DNA of 15,567 nucleotides, taken from a bacterium (GTDB lineage Bacteria; Fidelibacterota; UBA8477; JABMPR01). Below are positions 7,701-14,290 of the stretch, piece by piece. Made by a program: the position numbers and the translations under genes. The notes below the pieces were generated by a model, which was given only the letters and a program-made list of their open reading frames with translations, was not told the DNA's origin and did not search any database. The stretch lies in the NCBI GenBank assembly GCA_013202895.1, contig JABMPR010000293.1, positions 1-15,567 on the forward strand, read 5' to 3'. Position 1 is the stretch's first letter; the number at the start of each line of letters is the position of its first letter.

Positions 7701-8671
7701 GGTTGACGGATACAAGTTTGGTTGCCGATGCAATGGCAGCGGTCACTGTTTACGATACGCCGACACCGGTGACCCGATCGTTTTACAATAGTGCCACAGG
7801 CTCAACCGGACATATTTCTTATGTGCTCCCTGGAAAACGCATATTTCGTGGATTAATATCTGTGAATGGTCGTGATTTTGGCGGTGAATTTACCATTCCC
7901 AAGGATATCAAATATTCTGGCGAAGGTGGTATTCTGCACGTCCAATACTGGGATGATACAGGTTTAGACGGTAGCGCATTTATCGATACGCTCACGTTTC
8001 TGGGTACTGATTCAACAGCGCTGGATGATACCGGACCGGAGATCGTCTTTATTTCAGAAAATATGGTATTACTCAATGGAGACCATTTCTCAGCAAATGA
8101 GGCTTTAGAGATCGAGATATGGGATGAGCAGGGTATTAATCTTACAGGCGCTGCCGGACATGGTATTACACTTGCCATAGATGAGGACTGGAGCAATGCG
8201 GTTGATGTTACCGAACTATTTGAATATGATTTAGACCATTCTGACCGGGGTCGTTTATTGGCATTTTTAACCGAGATTCTTCCAGGTGAACATCTGGTCT
8301 CAGTAAAAGCCTGGGATAGTCAGAACAATCCTGGTGAAGCCAGTGTTCGTTTGAATTTCTTTGCTGCCAATGATTTCCGCATTTATAATCTATTTAATTT
8401 TCCCAATCCTATGGTAAATGATACTGAGGTTACGTATATGCTCTCACATGCCGCTGATGTTGAATACTCCATTTATTCGCTCGCAGGCCGCAAAATAATT
8501 GGTGAAACAGTTGGGTTCCAGATTCAGGGGTTCAACTCCTTCCCCTGGGATGGGCGTGATAGATTTGGCAATCGATTGGCGAATGGAGTCTACATTTTGG
8601 TTGTTGAAGGTGGCAGTGATGAATTCAATGAAGCAGCGCAGAGTTTGCAGAAGCTGGTAATTGCACGCTAA
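4790..8671 (+). CDS. porU: PorU-like C25-family (gingipain-fold) cysteine peptidase with T9SS-type C-terminal sorting domain; candidate type IX secretion sortase
   Basis: The ORF is open from 4739 (TTG), with ATGs at 4742 and 4748. The ATG at 4790 gives a classical signal peptide (MNRFCTLILLTSSLFA|GD) preceded by AAGG. C25 hallmarks are present: ADYIIITPEIF...INDIYDEFSAGTVDPAAIKHFL, YVLFLGDTDYDYRN, IPTFQ, DIAIGRYPA. The catalytic His is in NYLGHGSPNVW (nt 7235-7237) and the Cys in WVAGTCDWAKYD (nt 7337-7339), 34 residues apart as in clan CD peptidases. The C-terminal ~95 aa read NFPNPMVNDTEVTYML...YSLAGRKI...FPWDGRDRFGNRLANGVYILVVEG, which is the T9SS type-A CTD / FlgD-Ig-like pattern. The family (C25 plus CTD) is confident; the specific PorU role is less so. 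Confidence 0.7.
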   Translation: MNRFCTLILLTSSLFAGDISVLEKDEHSITVRFTIPEPQLSSFEIGDRSVQLPRWSNAYEAYDSSNQTLAPFFTLPLILPPNGDIPEIQILASEFLRDGRLSKVKFQPQDLGPANRLPSIEAVEMINLKGAEDFRDYKTARIMVYPYFIAGQRLSSLTFRLDFPAYSGSELSQESDLIQGYLNADMAKNWAKTPASSLGRTASVWPQGQWFRFPINAMGIHRINVASFGDNLPETNPISWQVYAPYYEGQALPFSLSHTEPTPDNFKAISMQGSGLEDGVFSDDDEIIFFAQALNGDFKGDNFTHLFGKQRYYWICIPFDDSETANQIDFLPSYLGTHTETVRSYQKRLYHETDLHNQLHSGQSWVGEKLTGSSDQFYISFSDDYLDLSSEINLNVLFRIDYDVDNYQDILDVELNDIPFNVNQIKTVQNKKIILNGTAGENLMRDKSVGNNILKLDYSSNSPNSIIYLDSLRFSYDRQLAPSSEYLFGTVDLPGAINRLIFQDLSSGFQLWDISNPSNVVEWQIENNLYLHQGTGKHEIIGFNDDQLIDVILTETADQGNPQLRQAGRQADYIIITPEIFLDQAERIRELREELVPEAEQLTVEIVKINDIYDEFSAGTVDPAAIKHFLHYVYFSWDQSNRIRYVLFLGDTDYDYRNITGQSKMLIPTFQKDGISDISSYATDDKYTFIASGIWDALPDIAIGRYPAQRVDQLEIMIDKLISYELTPEPGIWRNTVTLVADDPLRPSKTVEYAHITDTESLAGIIPESMHVDKVYLTEYPEVQDPNSPYIKKPKARDEFLQKLFNGTLLVNYLGHGSPNVWAQEEVFTVSDLGLVKTNMRLPFWVAGTCDWAKYDDVSSSCVPEELMLMESNGAIGILSTTRKTFSSYNRILLLDFFDFLFPDNQASRSIPVGDAIMMAKNITAGSDPNNEKYVLFSDPALRLASPVRKGQIQSVTPSVLQAMGSVNFSGLTDTSLVADAMAAVTVYDTPTPVTRSFYNSATGSTGHISYVLPGKRIFRGLISVNGRDFGGEFTIPKDIKYSGEGGILHVQYWDDTGLDGSAFIDTLTFLGTDSTALDDTGPEIVFISENMVLLNGDHFSANEALEIEIWDEQGINLTGAAGHGITLAIDEDWSNAVDVTELFEYDLDHSDRGRLLAFLTEILPGEHLVSVKAWDSQNNPGEASVRLNFFAANDFRIYNLFNFPNPMVNDTEVTYMLSHAADVEYSIYSLAGRKIIGETVGFQIQGFNSFPWDGRDRFGNRLANGVYILVVEGGSDEFNEAAQSLQKLVIAR

Positions 8672-9265
8672 ATGGAAAGTTTAAAGCTGATTCTGGGAAG
8701 CGGCTCCCCTAGAAGAAAAGAATTATTGAGTAAAATTGGCCTGCCCTTCGAAGTTTATCCCAGCTCTGTGATAGAACCGCCCTTTGACGAGGGTGATCCC
8801 ATAGATTATGCTATCCAATTGGCTGCTCTCAAAGCCAGTGATATTTCCGGCAAATTCCCTGATGCTATTGTTGTAGGTGCAGATACTATCGTGTTGCTGG
8901 ATGATCAAGTCTTGGGTAAACCCCGTGATCCAGATCAGGCTCGATACATGCTTCAATTACTTTCTGCTCGTACCCATCATGTAATTACTGGCTACAGTAT
9001 ACAGCATAAAAACCTCAACATTCATCATGACACACATGTGCTTACAAAAGTGCATTTCAAAGTCTTAAGCGATGCTGAAATAAGTAGCTATGTTAATAAT
9101 GGTGATCCCTTCGATAAAGCTGGGGCATATGGTATTCAGGATTATTCAAGTATATTTGTCGATCACCTAGAGGGCTGTTTCTATAATGTTATGGGATTCC
9201 CCATTTCAAATTTTTATTCAACTCTAAACAGACTGCTGGATGAAAATAATCTTACCATAAGGTGA
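8672..9265 (+). CDS. maf: Maf-family nucleoside triphosphate pyrophosphatase / septum formation inhibitor
   Basis: 197 aa with Maf motifs LILGSGSPRRKELL, VVGADTIV, LGKP and KAGAYGIQ. The ATG immediately follows the stop of the upstream gene (TAAATG). Confidence 0.9.
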   Translation: MESLKLILGSGSPRRKELLSKIGLPFEVYPSSVIEPPFDEGDPIDYAIQLAALKASDISGKFPDAIVVGADTIVLLDDQVLGKPRDPDQARYMLQLLSARTHHVITGYSIQHKNLNIHHDTHVLTKVHFKVLSDAEISSYVNNGDPFDKAGAYGIQDYSSIFVDHLEGCFYNVMGFPISNFYSTLNRLLDENNLTIR

Positions 9266-9392
9266 GAATTCGGATAAAATCTAATATACCAGATACTCAG
9301 AATTGAATAAAAGGTTTGCAGGACACCTCTGGGGGCTTGATTTACACAGAAAAATACTTAAACTCAGCAGCTATCAATGAAGAGGAGCTGCC

Positions 9393-10187
9393 GTGGCATT
9401 TCATGAAGATTTAAGAAACTATCGCCTCAAAAAGGGACTCATTCTGGAGGAGATCTCCGAAGATACTAAAATCAACATCCGGATCCTCCAAGCCCTTGAA
9501 CAAGGCGATTATCATATCCTGCCAGTTCCCTATGTTCGACTATTTATGAAAGCCTATGCCCAGTCAATCGATTATCCTGTTGAGGATATTTTACGTGGCT
9601 TGGAAAATGAACTCAAGCTTACGGGTGAGCAGGGAGCCTTAAATCAGATCCAATCTGATTCAGTTGCTTCAATGGATATGACCGGAGCCACTTTTTCAGG
9701 GGCACAGAATCTTTTTCAGGGGGAGAAGACAACTCAAAGCAATATTCCCCGGCTCTTGGGTGGTATAGTGATCTTGGTCGTCGTTATCATTTTTGGCAAA
9801 AGTTTACTCAAACCGGAAACACCTAGGAATTTGGTTTCACAAGGGCATTTGCTCCCGTCCATGAATATCAGTCAAACACTGGAGTCAGTGTCCATTTCAG
9901 ACTCCGCACTGGCAGCACACTCTGATAGCCTAACTATTACTTCTGTTGATTTTTTGTCCATCATTCGCCAGGACGGATTGACGAACGTGGATACCATCTA
10001 CCAGGAACCTGGTAAAAACTATTCTCTGATTCTCAGCGATTCAACACAGCTTAAATTATACCCCGGCGATGCAGCCCTCATTTCAATCAGTCAGGATACC
10101 ATTCCTGGATCACCTTTTAGTAATTCCTGGTTAGTAATCTCAACCGATTCCAAAGGAAGTCGCTTAAACACATATCCTACGCTCTAA
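9393..10187 (+). CDS. RodZ-like membrane protein (N-terminal Xre/HTH_25-type helix-turn-helix, one TM, C-terminal beta-rich domain)
   Basis: The GTG start is preceded by the SD AGAGGAG (9381-9387) with a 5-nt spacer. The N-terminus reads LRNYRLKKGLILEEISEDTKINIRILQALEQGDYHILPVPYVRLFMKAYAQ, typical of the RodZ HTH (..L..lE.g....lP...y.rgf.r.YA). The central TM is LLGGIVILVVVIIFG. The C-terminal ~100 aa is compatible with a RodZ C-terminal domain, but I did not recognise it at motif level. Confidence 0.55.
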   Translation: MAFHEDLRNYRLKKGLILEEISEDTKINIRILQALEQGDYHILPVPYVRLFMKAYAQSIDYPVEDILRGLENELKLTGEQGALNQIQSDSVASMDMTGATFSGAQNLFQGEKTTQSNIPRLLGGIVILVVVIIFGKSLLKPETPRNLVSQGHLLPSMNISQTLESVSISDSALAAHSDSLTITSVDFLSIIRQDGLTNVDTIYQEPGKNYSLILSDSTQLKLYPGDAALISISQDTIPGSPFSNSWLVISTDSKGSRLNTYPTL

Positions 10188-10560
10188 GCGCAAGATCTGG
10201 ATACCTGCTTCAATTATTCAAAATCTTATGGGACTGCTACCCACGGGCATCATTCAAAGCATAAAAGCTCTTAAAAATATTTAGTCATATAGGCTCTCCC
10301 GGAAAACTCTAGTATAAGACCACTTCTATAAAATAAGTTCTGCTATGCCTCCCAGGGTGTAGCTATCCTCATTATTTTGAGAATACATCGGATTTGTCTT
10401 CTGTCCAAACCAGTATTGAATACAGCAGTCCCGGTCCAGACGATTCTCTGGATTTGTCCATCTCATCAATAATTTAATCATTTAAATCTAAAAACTACTC
10501 TTAGGGGAAACCCCGCAAGCGACCTGATTGTCACATAATTTTACATTTTGTTCTTGCTCG

Positions 10561-10608
10561 GTGGGTAAATTTCCCTATTTTGGAACAATAGTGGGTAATT
10601 ATCCCTAT
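10561..10608 (+). promoter_or_regulatory. Two 18-bp direct repeats (GTGGGTAAATTTCCCTAT / GTGGGTAATTATCCCTAT), candidate MraZ operator
   Basis: The repeats lie at 10561-10578 and 10591-10608. They are 16/18 identical and start exactly 30 bp apart. Each has the form GTGGG-N7-CCC. A TGGAA lies between them (10581-10585) and a TGGGA at 10630-10634. The position is immediately upstream of mraZ. E. coli MraZ is known to bind spaced TGGG-core direct repeats in its own promoter region. Confidence 0.55.
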
Positions 10609-10611
10609 AAT
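10580..10611 (+). promoter_or_regulatory. Candidate dcw/mraZ promoter (-10 TATAAT overlapping repeat 2)
   Basis: TATAAT lies at 10606-10611, 18 nt upstream of the mraZ ATG. The only -35-like element, TTGGAA at 10580-10585, has a non-optimal 20-bp spacer, so this call is weak. Confidence 0.35.
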
Positions 10612-10628
10612 TAAAGCTGAAACGGGAA

Positions 10629-11090
10629 ATGGGAACACAAACATTTACAGGCGAGTTTCGTTATTCAATCGATTTAAAGGGTCGATTGAATATTCCTGCG
10701 AAATTCAGAAAAGCGCTACCGGAGTCCAGTGAGGACACATTTGTAGTGATTCGCGGCCTTGATGAAAATATCGTGGCTTACTCTCTGGATAAATGGCGGC
10801 AAAGAGAAGAGGATTTGCTGAAGCTCTCTTCCATCAAGCCTGAGCATCGTAATTTCAAACGCCAGGCGACACGTTTTGCCACCCCTCTCAAATTTGATAG
10901 CCAGGGTCGTGTAGCGATTCCTGCCAATCTCCTGAAATATGCAGGGATTGATAAAGACGTCGTGATTATTGGGATGATCGACGAAATCGAAATTTGGGAT
11001 CCGGCTGTATTAGAACGCTATGAGGAAACTGAGTTCCAACTTGATGCTGAGGATATTGAAGCCATTGATAATTATACTAGATCGTCGTGA
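10629..11090 (+). CDS. mraZ: Transcriptional regulator MraZ (two SpoVT/AbrB-like domains)
   Basis: 153 aa. The motifs are FTGEFRYSIDLKGRLNIPAKFRKAL and, in the second half, KFDSQGRVAIPANLLKYAGIDKDVVIIG. It is the first gene of a dcw-type cluster. Confidence 0.95.
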   Translation: MGTQTFTGEFRYSIDLKGRLNIPAKFRKALPESSEDTFVVIRGLDENIVAYSLDKWRQREEDLLKLSSIKPEHRNFKRQATRFATPLKFDSQGRVAIPANLLKYAGIDKDVVIIGMIDEIEIWDPAVLERYEETEFQLDAEDIEAIDNYTRSS

Positions 11091-12037
11091 CCACTGCAGA
11101 CCGGCTGCAATTTCGTCATACACCAGTAATGGTGAACGAAGTTTGCGCTCTGCTGATCAACAATCGTTCTGGAGTATATGTAGATGGCACCTTTGGACTC
11201 GGCGGACATTCAAAAGCTCTCTCCTCCCAGCTAAATTCTGATGCGACCCTGATCGGTATCGATCAGGATGATACCACACTCGCTCAATTCTCTCCTTCCT
11301 TAGTCCAGCAAAACTTGCACCTCGTGTGCACGAATTTTGAGAATTTGGATCAGGTACTTAGTGACCTGAACATCCCACAAGTCCATGGGATTCTATTAGA
11401 TCTGGGTTTGAATTCTTTTTCACTCGATGACCCGGAACGTGGATTCGCTTTTAGCCTTCAAGGACCCCTGGACATGCGTTTTGACAGATCGAATGAGATA
11501 AGTGCCGAAACTGTGCTAAATAGCTATTCACAGGAAAAATTGGCAGAGATTATTTATCGATATGGCGAAGAAAGGAACAGTCGCAGGATTGCTCGTAGGA
11601 TTGTGGAAATGAGAACAGAGAAGAGACTCACTCAAACTGATGAACTTAAGCTAGCGGTTATAAAAAGCATAGGACCGCGTTTTCAAAATAAATCTTTAGC
11701 ACGTGTGTTTCAGGCCATTCGGATCGAAGTCAATCGCGAGCTTGATGTGCTATCCATTATACTAAATACTGCTTTGCAGGTTCTTGCCCCCGCTGGACGC
11801 CTGGCGGTAATCAGTTACCACTCCCTGGAGGATCGTATAGTCAAGACTCACTTTCGCGAGCTGGCACTTGATATTCCCGAACAACCTGGTATGCGGAAGG
11901 ATGAGATTAAAATACCCCTTCTTAAAAGAATTACATCTAAGCCGGTAATCGCCTCTCAGTCAGAAATGCTTGCTAATCCCCGATCGCGCAGCGCAAAACT
12001 TCGCGTTGCTGAAAGGACTGAACATGCGATCAACTGA
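11087..12037 (+). CDS. rsmH: 16S rRNA (cytosine1402-N4)-methyltransferase RsmH (MraW)
   Basis: The GTG start overlaps the mraZ stop (GTGA). Motifs present are HTPVMVNEV, YVDGTFGLGGHS, LLDLGLNS, GPLDMRFD, YGEER, FQAIRIEVNRELD and ISYHSLEDRIVK. The conserved H-x-PV motif lies upstream of the first ATG, which requires the GTG start. Confidence 0.95.
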   Translation: MTTADRLQFRHTPVMVNEVCALLINNRSGVYVDGTFGLGGHSKALSSQLNSDATLIGIDQDDTTLAQFSPSLVQQNLHLVCTNFENLDQVLSDLNIPQVHGILLDLGLNSFSLDDPERGFAFSLQGPLDMRFDRSNEISAETVLNSYSQEKLAEIIYRYGEERNSRRIARRIVEMRTEKRLTQTDELKLAVIKSIGPRFQNKSLARVFQAIRIEVNRELDVLSIILNTALQVLAPAGRLAVISYHSLEDRIVKTHFRELALDIPEQPGMRKDEIKIPLLKRITSKPVIASQSEMLANPRSRSAKLRVAERTEHAIN

Positions 12038-12323
12038 AACGATGCGTGAGATTTTGAAAACCATCGTTTATATCGGATTGGTTCCCGTTGTGGCAGGGCT
12101 CTTGTTCTTATATGTGTGGCTGGGAGAAGAGGTTAGAGCCAGCGCAATTGAACTGGAAAGCTTGAAAGCTCGAGAGATTAAGCTCCGGGGTGAATATAAT
12201 TTAGTTCAAAATGAGAGAAATCGCCTCCATAGACCAGATAATCTCTCCAAATTAGCTCGTGAAAAACTGGGCTTGATCCAGCCTGATCCCGAGACCCTTA
12301 AAATCCGGGTAACCCTTCCATGA
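12024..12323 (+). CDS. ftsL: Cell division protein FtsL-like (small bitopic membrane protein with coiled coil)
   Basis: The position between rsmH and ftsI is as expected. It has one TM (IVYIGLVPVVAGLLFLYVWL), a heptad-rich region (IELESLKAREIKLRGEYNLVQNERNRL) and the typical C-terminal LAREKLGLIQP. The start is ambiguous: ATG at 12024 (14-nt overlap with rsmH), ATG at 12042, or the track's TTG at 11970. The stop overlaps the ftsI ATG (ATGA). Confidence 0.7.
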   Translation: MRSTETMREILKTIVYIGLVPVVAGLLFLYVWLGEEVRASAIELESLKAREIKLRGEYNLVQNERNRLHRPDNLSKLAREKLGLIQPDPETLKIRVTLP

Positions 12324-14290
12324 GCATGACCTATAAAAAATTTCGCGGTCGCTATATCAGCGTAGTAATCACCTCAATTTTGATTTGGACGGTCATGGTA
12401 ATCCGTATGTTCTACATTCAGGTCATCGATGCTGAAAGTCTAGGATCTGCCATCGAGTCGCGCTTTGAAGCAAAGGTTACGATTGCACCTCTACGCGGCA
12501 ACTTTTATGATCGGAACGGGAAAAAACTTACAGATAATATCGAGCACTTTTCCTTTTCCGCCCGGCCGTCAGAAATTAAAGATAGAGACGCCATTGCGCG
12601 CCTATTTAGCAAAACTTTCAATAAATCTAAGGCTCACTATTTAAATAAATTAAACTCAAATAAATCATTTGTTTACCTCGAGCGAAACGTGAATCCCCTC
12701 ATGGGGAGAGAGTTGAGTCAAGGCCCTCTCCCAGTTGGTGTGCAGGTGGAAACAGATGTCCGACGTTACTACCCATATGGTAATATTGCTGCACCATTAA
12801 TAGGCTATGTCGGTACGGATAACCATGGCCTGTCTGGTTTGGAATCACACTATGATCACCAATTAGCAGGTATTGAGGGATGGAAGGAACTTGGGTCTGA
12901 CGGTCATGGCAACACCCGTATCCGTGGAGATTTCAAAGAGCAAAAACCTTTTAACGGTAACGATTGTTATCTCACGATTGATGTAGATATCCAGGTCATT
13001 ATAGAAGAAGAATTAAAATCAGCTGTTGAGCGTCACAATGCCGATAAAGCAATGGCGGTTCTTGTATCACCGAAAACAGGTGAGGTGATAGCCCTGGCGA
13101 ACTGGCCAGGTTTTAATCCAAATACAAGATCTGAAATAACACAAGCTGCCCTCACCTCCCACCCCATTATGTCTGCTTTCGAACCAGGTTCAACATTTAA
13201 GGTTATTGGCGCTACCGCCCTTTTGGAAGAAAGTCGTATCCAGCCCATGGATGTCATCTATTGTGAAGAAGGTGAGTTCCAGATACACGGTATTACAATA
13301 AAGGATTGGCGCTCCTTCGAAAATCTTACGTTTTCAGAAGTAATGCAAAATTCATCAAACATTGGTGTTATCAAGGCGATGGAATTACTGGATAATGCAA
13401 AATTCTTCTCCCAAGCCAGAAAATTCGGTTTTAGCGAAAAAAGTGGTGTCCAATTCCCCTATGAAAATCAAGGATCCTTAAAGAATAATAAATTTTGGTC
13501 ATCGGTTTCGAAATCAGAAATTTCTATTGGTTATGAGGTTGCGGTTACAACATTGCAATTAGCCATGGCCTATTCTGCAATCAGTAATGGCGGGGTCCTG
13601 CTGAAACCTCAACTGATTGAGAAATTTAGAACTCCTGCTGGATACGAACAAAAAGTTGATCAAATGGATGCGATTCGACGCGTGGCATCTGAAAGGACCA
13701 TGCGTACTGTTTCAGACATCCTTGAAAAAGCTGTTTCTCAAGGAACTGGGTTAAATGCCTTTCTCCCTGGTCTCAGGATTGCTGGAAAAACCGGCACTGC
13801 AAAAAAAATAAAAAATGGAGAATATGTGAGCGAATACATCGCGTCCTTTGCAAGTTTTTATCCAGCCCATGATCCAAAATATACGCTTATAGTTGTTGTA
13901 GATAAGCCGCGGAAAGGTGGCTACACCGGTGGTCTGGTCGCTGCTCCAGTCGCTAAAGAGATTTATCGCAGAATATACACCCTGCGGGGGCAGGATCCAG
14001 AGTCAGTCCAGGAATCTCATTCCGTTGCTTCACAAGATCAATATAATGCACCTACTCACTCGCTAAAAGGCAAGCTGCTTAGCTCATCTCTACCGGTTAT
14101 TAGAGCTAATGCCAATAATCTGACTATGCCTGATCTGTTAGGTATGAGTTTGAAAATGAGCCTTTACGGTCTTTACTCAATGGGCCTTAATCCAATAACT
14201 CAAGGTAGTGGTCGTGTTATCCGGCAAACTCCCGCCGCCGGTAAGCTTGTTGAGACGGGCCAAACCGTAGAGATATACCTCGGTGATTGA
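12320..14290 (+). CDS. ftsI: Division-specific class B penicillin-binding protein (FtsI/PBP3-type transpeptidase) with a C-terminal PASTA domain
   Basis: 656 aa with an N-terminal TM (ISVVITSILIWTVMVI). The transpeptidase motifs are STFK (nt 13190-13201), SSN (MQNSSNIG) and KTGTA (nt 13787-13801). The terminal ~54 aa, MPDLLGMS...GRVIRQTPAAGKLVETGQTVEIYLGD, fit the PASTA pattern. Confidence 0.9.
   Translation: MSMTYKKFRGRYISVVITSILIWTVMVIRMFYIQVIDAESLGSAIESRFEAKVTIAPLRGNFYDRNGKKLTDNIEHFSFSARPSEIKDRDAIARLFSKTFNKSKAHYLNKLNSNKSFVYLERNVNPLMGRELSQGPLPVGVQVETDVRRYYPYGNIAAPLIGYVGTDNHGLSGLESHYDHQLAGIEGWKELGSDGHGNTRIRGDFKEQKPFNGNDCYLTIDVDIQVIIEEELKSAVERHNADKAMAVLVSPKTGEVIALANWPGFNPNTRSEITQAALTSHPIMSAFEPGSTFKVIGATALLEESRIQPMDVIYCEEGEFQIHGITIKDWRSFENLTFSEVMQNSSNIGVIKAMELLDNAKFFSQARKFGFSEKSGVQFPYENQGSLKNNKFWSSVSKSEISIGYEVAVTTLQLAMAYSAISNGGVLLKPQLIEKFRTPAGYEQKVDQMDAIRRVASERTMRTVSDILEKAVSQGTGLNAFLPGLRIAGKTGTAKKIKNGEYVSEYIASFASFYPAHDPKYTLIVVVDKPRKGGYTGGLVAAPVAKEIYRRIYTLRGQDPESVQESHSVASQDQYNAPTHSLKGKLLSSSLPVIRANANNLTMPDLLGMSLKMSLYGLYSMGLNPITQGSGRVIRQTPAAGKLVETGQTVEIYLGD

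Noticed and set aside
9331-9350. GGGGGCTTGATTTACACAG loosely resembles the 5' end of tmRNA (GGGGCTGATT...).
   Set aside because: The whole intergenic region is only 127 bp. There is no tRNA-like 3' end (no TPsiC-arm or CCA-proximal acceptor complement) and no tag reading frame. I treat it as a chance resemblance.
10581-10596. TGGAAC...GTGGG upstream of mraZ, considered as a sigma-54 (-24 GG / -12 TGC) promoter.
   Set aside because: No TGC/TTGC element lies at the required spacing downstream of the GG. The sequence is better explained as part of the repeat array.
519-11241. Same-strand out-of-frame ORFs: 519-707, 4141-4395 (Arg-rich), 4917-5165, 5436-5672, 5673-5954 and 11020-11241.
   Set aside because: They are fully embedded in alternative frames of the well-supported ppiD-like, motB-like, PorU-like, mraZ and rsmH genes. 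They have no family signatures and no ribosome-binding sites.
11970-12023. The TTG-initiated 5' extension of the ftsL-like ORF given in the track (MLIPDRAAQNFALLKGLN...).
   Set aside because: The extension lies wholly inside the conserved C-terminus of rsmH in another frame and adds no FtsL-like sequence. The ATGs at 12024 and 12042 give the expected short cytoplasmic tail before the TM.
13801-13815. An A8-T-A6 homopolymer tract inside ftsI (GCAAAAAAAATAAAAAATGG), considered as a possible slippage or phase-variation site.
   Set aside because: It encodes an in-frame AKKIKNG immediately after the conserved KTGTA motif, in an essential gene. There is no evidence of a frameshift, so it most likely reflects Lys codon bias.
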